Shown: piece after piece, positions 41,615-51,602 of the stretch | Layout of the letters: each line of letters begins with the position of its first letter | How positions within the stretch are numbered: position 1 is the first letter of the stretch | Source: Alphaproteobacteria bacterium | GTDB taxonomy: Bacteria; Pseudomonadota; Alphaproteobacteria; SP197 | Direction: 5' to 3' | Assembly: GCA_964291265.2 (NCBI GenBank) | Contig: OZ219747.1 | Span: forward strand, 768,001-832,000 | DNA: 64,000 bases | Notes under the pieces: model-generated | The model's database searches: none | Told to the model about the DNA's origin: nothing | The model's input: the letters and a program-made list of their open reading frames with translations, nothing else | Made by a program: the position numbers and the translations under genes

Positions 41615-42874
41615 ATGACATCATTCTCGTTCATTCACTGCGCCGACATCCATCTCGACAGCCCCTTGAGAGGGTTGGCGGCCCAGGAGGGTCATGCGCC
41701 CCGCCTCATTCGTTCTGCCTGCCGCAGGGCATTCGAGATTCTCGTGGACCACGCGATCGACGGGGGCGTCGCCTTCGTCGTCATCGCCGGAGACCTCTAT
41801 GACGGTACCTGGCGGGACTGCAACACCGGGCTCTTCTTCGTGCGCCAGATGGGGCGACTCAACGAGGCGGGGATCGACATCTTCCTGGTCTACGGCAACC
41901 ATGACGCCGAAAGCAGGATCACCCGGCAGCTGACCCTTCCCGACAATGTCCACGTGTTCGGCGCATCCGCTGCCGGCACCTTCATCCACGAGGCGACGGG
42001 AGCGGCGGTCCATGGCCGCAGCTACGCGACGCCCGATGTCAGGGAGAACCTCGTCCCCTCCTATCCCGATCCGGTGGCGGACGCGTTCAACATCGGCGTG
42101 CTGCATACGGGCCTCGGTGGCATGGGCGGGCATGCCGACTACGCTCCCTGCACACTCGCCGATCTCGTGTCGCGGGCCTACGACTACTGGGCCCTGGGTC
42201 ATGTCCATCGCCGGGAGGTCCTGCACCGGGATCCGTGGGTCGTCTTCCCGGGCAACATCCAGGGGCGCCACATCCGCGAAACCGGTCCCCGGGGCTACGT
42301 GCGCGTGACGGTCACCGACAACGGCGTCGAGACCCATCCGGTTCCCGTCGATGTCGTCCGCTGGGCCCATGTCGCCGTGGACGCCGCGGGCCTCGACGAT
42401 CTCGACGAGGTCCTGCCCCGGATGGCTAGGGCCATCGAGGAGACGGTGGAGCGGGATGCCGCCGGCCGTCTCATGGCCTGCAGGATCGAATTCACCGGCG
42501 CCACGGGACTTCACGGCGCCCTCGTCCTCAGGGAACACCAGCTTCTCGAAGAGGCGCGGGCCATGGCCCTGGGCCTGGGGGAGGAGCGGGCCTGGATCGA
42601 ACGGGTCGTCGTCTCCACCAGCATGGCGGCGCAGACTGCCGTCGATGGCAATGTCGGGGACATCGCCGAACTGATGGCGGGCGCGGCCGATGATGCGGAT
42701 CTCGTGGAACGGCTCAGAAGCGACCTCGCGAAACTGCTGGCGAAGCTGCCCCGGGAGATCACTTCCGATCCCGGCACGGATCTCCTCAGGCTGGCGAGGG
42801 ACCAGGACGCCGGCGCGCTTCTCCGGCAGCAACGGTCCGGCGTGGTGTCCCGTCTGCTCGGAGAGCGATCGTGA
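41615..42874 (+). CDS. Mre11/SbcD-like metallophosphoesterase (YhaO-like)
   Basis: ADIHLDSP, AGDLYD, GNHD, GVLHT, YWALGHVH, PGNIQGRH. Confidence 0.92.
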   Translation: MTSFSFIHCADIHLDSPLRGLAAQEGHAPRLIRSACRRAFEILVDHAIDGGVAFVVIAGDLYDGTWRDCNTGLFFVRQMGRLNEAGIDIFLVYGNHDAESRITRQLTLPDNVHVFGASAAGTFIHEATGAAVHGRSYATPDVRENLVPSYPDPVADAFNIGVLHTGLGGMGGHADYAPCTLADLVSRAYDYWALGHVHRREVLHRDPWVVFPGNIQGRHIRETGPRGYVRVTVTDNGVETHPVPVDVVRWAHVAVDAAGLDDLDEVLPRMARAIEETVERDAAGRLMACRIEFTGATGLHGALVLREHQLLEEARAMALGLGEERAWIERVVVSTSMAAQTAVDGNVGDIAELMAGAADDADLVERLRSDLAKLLAKLPREITSDPGTDLLRLARDQDAGALLRQQRSGVVSRLLGERS

Positions 42875-45800
42875 GGATCTGCCGCCTCGATCTTCTCAGC
42901 TACGGGCACTTCAGCAACCGGTTCCTCGAGTTTCCCGGAAGCGGCCACGATCTCCACATCATTGTCGGCGCCAACGAGACCGGAAAGTCGACATCGCGCA
43001 ACGCCCTGGAAGACGCTCTCTTCGGCATCCCCCAACGCTCGGCCTTCGGCTTCAGGCACGGCTATCGCGACATGATGGTGGGAGCCCTCATCGAGCATGA
43101 AGGCCACCAGCTCGCATTCCGCCGCCGCAAGGGGAGATCGAACACGCTTCTCGACATCGATGGCCAGGCGCTCCCGGGCGATGCCCTGCGGTTCTTCCTG
43201 GGGGGCGCCGACCGGAACTTTCTCGAGCGCATGTTCAGCCTCTCCCAGGAACGTTTGAGGAAGAGCGGTCAGGAACTCTCCGACCCGCAGAGCGAGACCG
43301 CGGCCATGATCTTCGGAGCCGCCACCGGAACCGAGCAGATCGCCGTCCACATACGCGCCATGAGGGAAGAGGCCGGTACACTCTTCACGCCGAGGAAAAC
43401 GGCGGGGAAGCTCTTCTACCAGCTTGTCGACCGGCTCCATGCCGCCACCGCGGCCATGGGTGAGGCCACGGTCACCGGGGATGACTGGAAGCGGGCCCGG
43501 GAACGGGCGCACGCGGCCCGAACGCACCTCGAGGATCTGCGGCGTCGGCGCAGAGACCTGCGCCAGGAGAGCGAGCGCCTGAACCGCATTCGGCTCGTCT
43601 ACCCGGGTCTGGTGCGCAGGAAGGAAGTGCTCGCCACCCTGGACGGGCTTGGCGACATCCAGCCGTTTGCCGACGATGTCCTCGAGGTTCTGGACAGGGC
43701 CGAGCGCGCGGTGTCGCTGCACGATGCGAGGATCGAGCAGCTCGCGAACCAGGTCACAAGGGAGAAGGAAGAGGCCGCGTCCATCGCGATCGACGGCGCC
43801 TTGCTGGAGAACGCGAGGGAGATCATGGATCTCGATGAGCGGCGCATTCAGTTGCAACCGGAAAGGGAGGATCTTCCCAAGCGACGCCGCGAACTTGCGG
43901 ACGTGGAGCAGCGCCTGCGAACCCGGGCCCTGGCTCTCGGGCTCGAGGACCTGCAGGCATGGCGCATGCCCGCTCCCCATCTCGTGGCGCGACTGCGCGA
44001 GCTCGGCGATGAATGGAACCGCGTGGGGCACGTCTGCGACCTGGCGCGCCAGCAGGTGAGGGATGCGGGCGAACGCGTCCGGATCCTGGACGAACGCCTG
44101 CGGGAGATGGGACCGGAGGTGGATGTCGGACCCCTGCAGGTTGCCCTTCAGGCGACGGACGGGAGCGCTGATCCGGAAACGGCCCGCAAGTCGGCGGAGC
44201 GCGAGCACCGTGACCTGGCTTCCCGCAGCGAGGCCCTGGTCCGCCCCCTGCTGTCGCTGGCCGGCGACGTCGATTGTCTGGCCGGTCTCTGGGTTCCTCC
44301 TCTGGAACGCGTACAGGAGTTGCGGGACAGGCTCAGACAGGCCGTTGACCGTCGGGACGCCTGTCGGGAGGAGCTTGCGGCCGTCGAACGCGATCTCGCA
44401 GGGCACGAAGCGCAGCGCAAGATCCTCGTCGTGACCGGCGAGATCGTCACGGTCGACGAGATCGAGGCGCTGCGGCGGGTGCGCGATCGGTATCTCGATA
44501 CGCTGCGCGCCCTCCTGGCAGGCGGGCAGGCAGGTGCGGGCAGCGATCCGGTCGGTGAACTCGCGGAGGCCATGCAGCAGGCCGACGAAGCGGCGGACAG
44601 GCGGTTTTCTGCCGCCCGGACGGTGGCCCGCCTCGAGGAAATCGCCGGGACCATGGATCGCCTGGAGGCCAGGCGCACCGCGCTCGGTGCGGAACGCGAC
44701 GAGCATGACCATCGGCTGCGGGATCTCTGCGAGACATGGAACGACCTCCTGCGTGACCTTCCCGGTGATCCGCTTGAACCCGACGCCATGGTGAAGTGGC
44801 TGATCGATCGCCAGACCGCGCTGCAGGCGCATGAGGAGGAGAGGAGGGCGGCGCGGACCCTCGCGGCCTGCGTCGCAGAGGAACGCAAGGCACGGGATCT
44901 TCTCGTTGCCGAAGCGGCTGCACTCGGCGTGGAGACGGACGGTCTGGACGAGAGGCCATTCAGTGTTGTCCGGTCTCTCGTGGCCCGCCATGGCGACGCG
45001 CTGAACGACAGGAACCGCCAGCGCGCCGACCTTCTGCGAGACCTTCAGGAGGCACGAAGCGAGGAACGCGGGAAGGCTTCGGCCCTTGCCAGGGAGGAAG
45101 CGAACCTGTCGTCCCTCGGCGGCACCTGGCGCACTGCCGTCGAGGGAGTCGACGTCCTCGAATCGCCTGACCAGGCCGGTGACAGGCTGCGGATCATCGA
45201 GGAAATGCGCGGCGACATGGACCGCGCGGCAGAACTGGAACAAAGACGGATCGGCAAGATCGAACGCGATCTCGAGGCGTTCGCGACCCGTGTCGGCAGG
45301 CTCGTGAAAACCCTGCAGGAGGATCCGGAGGACAGGGATGCGGACACCGTTGTCAGGGACCTTGCCCGGCGGCTGGCCGACGAGACGGCGAAACAGGACC
45401 GGCTCGACCGCATGAAGGACTCGCTTGAGCGAAGGGAACGGGAGCTCGAAGGGATACGCCATGCCAGGCGCGAGGCGGATATCACGATCCGTGATCTCAT
45501 GGTCCGCGCCGGCGCCGACTCCGTCGGCGATCTGCGCCGCGAAATCGCGCGATGCGACGAGGTGAAGCGCCTGCGCCGCGAGGCGGAAGGCCTGACCGAG
45601 TCCCTGGCGAAGGAAGGCGGCGGACGTTCCGAGAAAGAACTGCAGGAGGAGGCCCGGAACGTGGACCCCGATCGGCTGGCGGCCGAGATCGAATCCCTGT
45701 CCGACATGCTGCAACAGCTCGATGATCCTATCGACAGGGCGGCTCTCGCGGAAGGAGAAGCGATCGCTGCCCTCGAATCCATCGGCGGCGGGGACGCCGC

Positions 45801-46344
45801 GATTGCCGCCGCCTCGGACCGCCAGTCGATCCTGGCGGAATTGGAGGACCTCGCGGCGCGCTACGTGCGTGCCCAGACCGGACTGAGACTCCTCCAGTGG
45901 GCCGTCGACCGTTACCGGGCCGAACGACAGGCGCCGTTGTTGCGGGGCGCCTCGACTCTCTTTGCCACCCTGACACGGGGGTCCTTCAGCGGTCTTGACC
46001 TTCTCTACGACGAGAAGGACCAGGCGGTCCTTGCCGGCACGCGGGCCGACGGCAGCAAGGTCGACGTCACGGGCATGAGTGACGGTACGGTGGACCAGTT
46101 GTGGCTGGCGCTGAGACTTGCCGCGATTGACGCCTGGCTGGAAGGCAATGCCGCCCTGCCGTTCATCGCGGACGATCTCTTCGTCAACTTCGATGATGAG
46201 CGCACGGCGGCCGGCCTGGAGGTGCTCCACCGCCTGGCAGGCTCCTGCCAGGTGCTCGTGTTCACGCACCATGTCCACCTGGTCGAACTGGCCCGCCAGG
46301 TGCTGGGTGACCATGTTTCGGTCATCGATCTCGATGCTGCATGA
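42871..46344 (+). CDS. YhaN-like SMC/Rad50-type coiled-coil ATPase (AAA_27)
   Basis: GANETGKST; long coiled coil; MSDGTVDQLWLALRLA, PFIADDLFVNFDDER, FTHH. Confidence 0.9.
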   Translation: MRICRLDLLSYGHFSNRFLEFPGSGHDLHIIVGANETGKSTSRNALEDALFGIPQRSAFGFRHGYRDMMVGALIEHEGHQLAFRRRKGRSNTLLDIDGQALPGDALRFFLGGADRNFLERMFSLSQERLRKSGQELSDPQSETAAMIFGAATGTEQIAVHIRAMREEAGTLFTPRKTAGKLFYQLVDRLHAATAAMGEATVTGDDWKRARERAHAARTHLEDLRRRRRDLRQESERLNRIRLVYPGLVRRKEVLATLDGLGDIQPFADDVLEVLDRAERAVSLHDARIEQLANQVTREKEEAASIAIDGALLENAREIMDLDERRIQLQPEREDLPKRRRELADVEQRLRTRALALGLEDLQAWRMPAPHLVARLRELGDEWNRVGHVCDLARQQVRDAGERVRILDERLREMGPEVDVGPLQVALQATDGSADPETARKSAEREHRDLASRSEALVRPLLSLAGDVDCLAGLWVPPLERVQELRDRLRQAVDRRDACREELAAVERDLAGHEAQRKILVVTGEIVTVDEIEALRRVRDRYLDTLRALLAGGQAGAGSDPVGELAEAMQQADEAADRRFSAARTVARLEEIAGTMDRLEARRTALGAERDEHDHRLRDLCETWNDLLRDLPGDPLEPDAMVKWLIDRQTALQAHEEERRAARTLAACVAEERKARDLLVAEAAALGVETDGLDERPFSVVRSLVARHGDALNDRNRQRADLLRDLQEARSEERGKASALAREEANLSSLGGTWRTAVEGVDVLESPDQAGDRLRIIEEMRGDMDRAAELEQRRIGKIERDLEAFATRVGRLVKTLQEDPEDRDADTVVRDLARRLADETAKQDRLDRMKDSLERRERELEGIRHARREADITIRDLMVRAGADSVGDLRREIARCDEVKRLRREAEGLTESLAKEGGGRSEKELQEEARNVDPDRLAAEIESLSDMLQQLDDPIDRAALAEGEAIAALESIGGGDAAIAAASDRQSILAELEDLAARYVRAQTGLRLLQWAVDRYRAERQAPLLRGASTLFATLTRGSFSGLDLLYDEKDQAVLAGTRADGSKVDVTGMSDGTVDQLWLALRLAAIDAWLEGNAALPFIADDLFVNFDDERTAAGLEVLHRLAGSCQVLVFTHHVHLVELARQVLGDHVSVIDLDAA

Positions 46345-46843
46345 TCCTTGTCCGATGACGGGAACAAGGGGGCCGGACCGATGACCGGTCCCCGCCCGTC
46401 ATGGACGCGACCGGCCCGGCCGCCTTCCGGCAGACCTTTCACCGGTCGTCGTGATCGGGCCTTGTAAGGAGGAGCCGAGAGGTCGGTGTGCGGCCACGGT
46501 CAGGTGCAGGGGCTTGAGGTTTCAGGGCCTGTGCACATCCCTTCCCGGGACCCCGTGCTCCTCGCCCGCGGCGTGGAGATCGACATGGGGTTCCGGGGTT
46601 TTCTCGCTGCCCTGCAGCGGCGCCTCGGGAAGGGCCGGCGAACCCGATGGCCGGTCAGCCGCCGAAGCTGTTCGGGGTAGTGCCGGGCCGTCTCGACCGG
46701 ACTCACCGGATACAGGTTCTCCTCCTGGGGCAGCCAACCGACCGCGCAGGAGAGGAAAGGAGCGTCGTCGTCGTTCTCGTGGGGCTTGAGTCATGTCCCT
46801 TGTCGGGTGCACCCTTGCATCAAGTCCGGAACGGGGGCGAACC

Positions 46844-47944
46844 ATGAGTGAGCAGCGTGTGATCTCGGCTGACAGCCACGTGCAGGAACCGCCTGAACTC
46901 TATTCAGAGAGGCTGGACAGGAAGTACAGGGACCGTGTCCCGAGGTTCGAGGAACGCGGCGGCGCCACCTACTTCGTGGTGGACGGCAAGAAGCCGCGGC
47001 GCATCGACCTTGCTTCGGAGCGCACGGACGAGGACGACCAGGATCGCGAGTTCCGCCAGGATCCCAGCGGCGGCCGCGACATCGAGCGCCGTCTGGCAGA
47101 CCAGGTCCGCGACGGAATCAGCGCCGAGGTGCTCTATCCCAACACCTCGCTCTTTCTCTACAACTCCAGGGATCCCGGTTACCAGTTTGCCGTGGCCCGG
47201 GCCTACAACGACTGGTGCATCGAGCACTTCGGCGGGTACCGCGAGAATTTTGTTCCCGTCGCCATCGTTCCCGTCATCGACCTCGACGACGCCGTTCGCG
47301 AAGTCGAAAGGGTGGCGCACGAGGGATACCGCAGCATCAAGATTCCCCTGACCATGGACGCCATGCCCTACAACCTGCCCGACTATGACCGGCTGTGGTC
47401 GGCCTGCGCCGATCACGATCTCGTCATCTCGCTCCACGCCTTCACCGAGAGCGAGGATCACTACCCCGATGACTGGGGCGAGGAGGAAGGCCATGGCGGC
47501 GCTCTCGCCCACATGGCCATGAGCATGGCACGGGGACAGAACCCGGTGGCGCTGCTGATCGCATCGGGTGCGCTGCAGCGTTATCCGGACCTCAGGTTCG
47601 TCGTCGTCGAGTGCGGCGCCGGATGGCTCGCCTGGCTGCTCCATGTGCTCGACGAACAGGTGGAGAAGAAGCACATGTGGATCCGCCCGCGGCTGGAGAT
47701 GAGACCGAGCGAGTTCTTCCGACGCCAGGGCGCGGTCACCTTCAGCGACGATCCCGTTGCCCTGAGGCTGCTGGACTTCACCGGATCGCAAGTCCTCCTG
47801 TGGGGCAGCGACTATCCGCACGACGAAGGCACCTTCCCCCACAGCCAGGAGGTGATCGAGCGGACCTTTGCCGGCATCTCGATGGAAGACAGGCGCCGCA
47901 TCGTCTTCGACAACGCGCGGCGCATCTACGGATTCGACGCGTGA
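46844..47944 (+). CDS. Amidohydrolase_2 family protein
   Basis: ISADSHVQEP, AYNDW, VVECGAGW, WGSDYPH. Confidence 0.9.
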   Translation: MSEQRVISADSHVQEPPELYSERLDRKYRDRVPRFEERGGATYFVVDGKKPRRIDLASERTDEDDQDREFRQDPSGGRDIERRLADQVRDGISAEVLYPNTSLFLYNSRDPGYQFAVARAYNDWCIEHFGGYRENFVPVAIVPVIDLDDAVREVERVAHEGYRSIKIPLTMDAMPYNLPDYDRLWSACADHDLVISLHAFTESEDHYPDDWGEEEGHGGALAHMAMSMARGQNPVALLIASGALQRYPDLRFVVVECGAGWLAWLLHVLDEQVEKKHMWIRPRLEMRPSEFFRRQGAVTFSDDPVALRLLDFTGSQVLLWGSDYPHDEGTFPHSQEVIERTFAGISMEDRRRIVFDNARRIYGFDA

Positions 47945-49257
47945 TCCACCGCATCCCGCTCGTGATGATCGTCACGAGCGACATCGCAGGGCAGGTCCGC
48001 GGCAAGGGTTTCCCGGCAGCCGGGCTCGAGGAGCGCCTCGAACAGGGAGTAGGGTTCACCCACACCAACCACATGATCAACTGTTGGGGGACGATTCCGA
48101 CCACGCCCTGGGGGCCGCTGGGAGACCTTGTCCTGATGGCGGACCCGGCCACCGAGGTCAGGGTCGATTTCGGCGACGGCACGCCGGAAGAGTGGTTCAT
48201 GCTGGGGCGCTTGTGCACCATGGACGGTCAGCCATGGGAGTGCTGCCTGAGGCACTACCTCGCCAGCGCCCTCGAGAGTCTCCGCGAGGAGACCGGGCTG
48301 ACACTCATCGCCGCCTTCGAGCACGAGTTCCACGATGGCGGTCTCGTCGAACGCGGTGGCGATGCCTACGGCCTCGACAAGGTAAGGCGCGCCGACGACA
48401 TTCCGGGTGCCGTGCTCCACGCCCTGCAGGCCGCAGGCGCCGAGCCCGAGACATTCCTGCCGGAGTTCGGCAGGAGCCAGTTCGAGTTCACCGTCAGGCC
48501 GGCTCCCGCCATGGCGGCGGCGGACCGCGCCATCATCGCCCGGGAAATGGTGCGGGCCGCGGCCCGGCGCCTCGACCGCGACGTCAGCTTCTCGCCGCAG
48601 GTCGATCCCGCCGGCCCCGGCAATGGCGTCCACATCCACATGAGCTTCCGGGACGGCGAGAACCGGCCGGTCAGCCATGATTCGTCGCAACCCTCGGGCC
48701 TCACCGCCCGGATGGGAAGTTTTGTCGCCGGAATCCTGAGACACTTGCCGGCGATGGTGGCCGTCACGGCGCCCTCCGCGGCCTCCTACCAGCGTCTCGA
48801 ACCGCATCGCTGGAGCTCCGCCTACAACAATCTGGGCTGGCGGGACCGCGAGGCGGCGGTCCGCATCTGCCCGGGTTCGGAGGCGCCCGGCGCCGATGTC
48901 GCATCGACCTTCAATGTCGAGTTCCGCGCCGGTGACGCGGCGGCCAGTCCCTGGCTCCAGCTCGGCATCCTCGTGCGGGCCGGCCTCGAAGGGATCCGCG
49001 AGCGCCTGCCCACGCCCGAACCCGTGTCATCGGATCCCGGTGCGATGAGCGGTGATGAACGCCGCAGGCACGGTGTCGAGCGTCTGCCGGTCTCGCTCGG
49101 CGAGGCCCTCGACCGTCTCGAGAGTGCGCCCGGCGCCGGGACGCTCCTGCCGGGCGGACTTCTCGAAGCATACGTCATGCACAAGCGCGGGGAACTCGAC
49201 GAGGTTGCAGGGCTGGCGCCCGAAGAGGTCTGCCGGCGCTACAGGGATGTCTACTGA
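47941..49257 (+). CDS. Glutamine synthetase-like (gamma-glutamyl ligase) protein
   Basis: AAFEHEF, PEFGRSQFE, GNGVHIHMS, DREAAVRIC, VEFRAGD. Confidence 0.88.
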   Translation: MIHRIPLVMIVTSDIAGQVRGKGFPAAGLEERLEQGVGFTHTNHMINCWGTIPTTPWGPLGDLVLMADPATEVRVDFGDGTPEEWFMLGRLCTMDGQPWECCLRHYLASALESLREETGLTLIAAFEHEFHDGGLVERGGDAYGLDKVRRADDIPGAVLHALQAAGAEPETFLPEFGRSQFEFTVRPAPAMAAADRAIIAREMVRAAARRLDRDVSFSPQVDPAGPGNGVHIHMSFRDGENRPVSHDSSQPSGLTARMGSFVAGILRHLPAMVAVTAPSAASYQRLEPHRWSSAYNNLGWRDREAAVRICPGSEAPGADVASTFNVEFRAGDAAASPWLQLGILVRAGLEGIRERLPTPEPVSSDPGAMSGDERRRHGVERLPVSLGEALDRLESAPGAGTLLPGGLLEAYVMHKRGELDEVAGLAPEEVCRRYRDVY

Positions 49258-49703
49258 TGGCCGACGCACCGTTCTGGCGCACCAGGTCCCTGGAAGAGAT
49301 GGACAGGCGGGAGTGGGAATCGCTGTGCGACGGTTGCGGCAAGTGCTGCCTCGTGAAGCTCGAGGATGTCGATGACGGCACCATCTCCAACACCGATGTC
49401 GCGTGCTTCCTTCTCGACACCGTCACCTGCCGCTGCCGGGACTACGCAAGGCGTTTCAAGCGTGTCCCCGAATGCATCCGCATCACGCCGCAGACCATCG
49501 TCTCGCTGCTGGCGTGGCTGCCCGGCACCTGCGCCTATCGCCTGCTCCACGAGGGCCGCGATCTTCCCGACTGGCACCCCCTGGTGTCAGGCGATCCCGA
49601 CAGCGTGCATCGCGCCGGGATATCGCTCTCGAACCGTGTCGTCTCCGAGGCCGATGTCGCCGACGAGGACCTCCCCGATCACGTCATCGACTGGCAAGTC
49701 TGA
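49257..49703 (+). CDS. YcgN family cysteine-cluster protein
   Basis: EWESLCDGCGKCCLVKLED, WLPGTCAYR, WHPLVSGD. Confidence 0.92.
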   Translation: MADAPFWRTRSLEEMDRREWESLCDGCGKCCLVKLEDVDDGTISNTDVACFLLDTVTCRCRDYARRFKRVPECIRITPQTIVSLLAWLPGTCAYRLLHEGRDLPDWHPLVSGDPDSVHRAGISLSNRVVSEADVADEDLPDHVIDWQV

Positions 49704-49833
49704 GCTTGCCTGCCAGGGAAACCGCTACGCGTCTTTCGCCCCCCTTCCGGCTCCGGCGCCGAAAGGTATTGCCCATGCTGCCACTTGTGATAGACTCTAA
49801 TCTTCAGTCTTGACCTGCTAGAGAGGCCACGCC

Positions 49834-50199
49834 ATGCCCAGCATCGCCGAACACTATTGTGGCAAAGTTCCTACTGGGTGTGTTGGAGGTCCGCCGAAGT
49901 ATCCGACGCCAGGCGTAGACGCAGAGTTCCCGAATGTTTGCCATAGACATGTACGAATTCCACAGTGGACAATCATAACCTGTTCAGCAGCATCTATTTT
50001 TATTGGATTTGTTATAAGCGTATTGTTGTTCTGGGTCATCTACGCGGAACAACAGAACATTGACCAAAAATGGGTAGTTTTTAGCAAGGGATTCGAAGGT
50101 TTTTTGTCGGAGACTGGCAATTTCCCACTTTTCCTTCTTGTTGTGTTCGTTGTCATTTGGCATTTGGCGACGGGTGCGGTTCTCATACGGGGTAGATAG
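49834..50199 (+). CDS. Hypothetical membrane protein (low GC, possibly truncated)
   Basis: GAGG before ATG; two hydrophobic segments. Confidence 0.4.
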   Translation: MPSIAEHYCGKVPTGCVGGPPKYPTPGVDAEFPNVCHRHVRIPQWTIITCSAASIFIGFVISVLLFWVIYAEQQNIDQKWVVFSKGFEGFLSETGNFPLFLLVVFVVIWHLATGAVLIRGR

Positions 50200-50686
50200 T
50201 TCGTTGTTCATTCTTGTATTGCACTTACAATGTACGCATTTTTCCGGATATCGGTCCTCATTGTCCTGACCGCGATGCCAAAATTCAGGAATCACACGCA
50301 TATTCGGACTTAATTTGACCCGTGCCGGCGGTTGTCATCACGGCTACGTTTCATCAGTACTATTGGTTCAAAGGTGTTCCGAAGACTGCCAAAGGACGAT
50401 TCATGAGGAACTTACATAGATGTTTCCGAGAAGGACGGCGGCATGGCCCAAGTGAGGAGACACTCGGGAAACATTAAACAAAATTACCCCGTATGAGAAT
50501 CGCTCCCTTTGGCGACAGTAGTTGCATGCCATAGAAAATATACATCCATTTCAGACTATATTGTCGTCGCCTTGACTGTTCCCATAACAGGCATGACGGG
50601 TTTCGCCACGGTAGTACAGAGCATTAATTGAGCAAAACGATGCGATGTACTATTGGATTCGGCGTAAAGATGCAAGGAGATTTGCA

Positions 50687-51250
50687 ATGCGCGCAAGACT
50701 TCCGACATTAGCTTTGATATTCGGAATGGCAAGCGGCAGCAGTGCTGTGGTTGGTCAGGAATGTGTGTCTGTCGAGCCACACAATTGGAGAAGTGAGATG
50801 AAATTGGGCTTCGCCTATATTTTTGACCCTAAGCTGGCATTAGAGGCAGAGGTCTTTCACATTTACAGTAATGAGAGCGTATCTGGTCTATTTGAATCGG
50901 ACGGTTCCCAGTTAAGTGAGCAGGATGGCTATGCCGATGGCAGTGAGGGACCGAGCTTGATGGTTTCGTGGGTGAATCCAGATACCGAACACGCTTTGAT
51001 CTTGAGCGAAGCCGCTTCACGTGTTGTCGCCAATGGCCACGAGATGTTACATGGAACATGGGATGGTACTCTAGGTGGTTCTGAGGCGACGCAATTCAGC
51101 GAGTGGCCGGTGTACTGGGCAGCACAGGAAAAGTTGGAAGGAACCAATGTAGTGCCAGACTACACGCTGATTCACTGGCCTGGCGAGCATTCAATACAGA
51201 CGACGGAGTGGGGCGAACTGTACGAAGAATTTTGCAGTGCGCCGGAGTAA
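50687..51250 (+). CDS. Hypothetical secreted protein (low GC)
   Basis: AAGGAG RBS; signal-peptide-like MRARLPTLALIFGMA; acidic; Cys near each end of the mature region. Confidence 0.6.
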   Translation: MRARLPTLALIFGMASGSSAVVGQECVSVEPHNWRSEMKLGFAYIFDPKLALEAEVFHIYSNESVSGLFESDGSQLSEQDGYADGSEGPSLMVSWVNPDTEHALILSEAASRVVANGHEMLHGTWDGTLGGSEATQFSEWPVYWAAQEKLEGTNVVPDYTLIHWPGEHSIQTTEWGELYEEFCSAPE

Positions 51251-51602
51251 CTTCCCAATTTCGATCTGCAGGCCGGGCGAAAGCCGGGCCGCATCGATGG
51301 CTCGGGCCTCAGCTCGATGGCGTACAGGTTGTGAAGGAAGTGGTCCGCGACCTTTCGTCAGGGCGTGCTGGCCGGCAGGCGAGGAGCCTCCTTGAGCCGC
51401 TCCCTTAAGGAGGGCGACGAACGTGTCGGTGTCGATGAGTTTCGCCCAGGGGCGTTGCTCCTGCCCGAACGCCCGCGTGAGCGGTGGTTTCCCCGGGAGA
51501 TGAGCGGTGTTCGCGAAGATGCCGATGACAAGGTCGCGGGCAGCGGCCCCTGGCTTCTCTGTGGATGCGGGCCCGCTGATTCCCGCCTGTCCGCCAGGCC
51601 GG

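Noticed and set aside
42511-46314. 1267-aa minus-strand ORF
   Set aside because: Antisense shadow of yhaN/yhaO in high-GC DNA; no motifs
51255-51600. Possible mobile-element fragment or hairpin after acnA
   Set aside because: Similarity too weak to assign; hairpin imperfect
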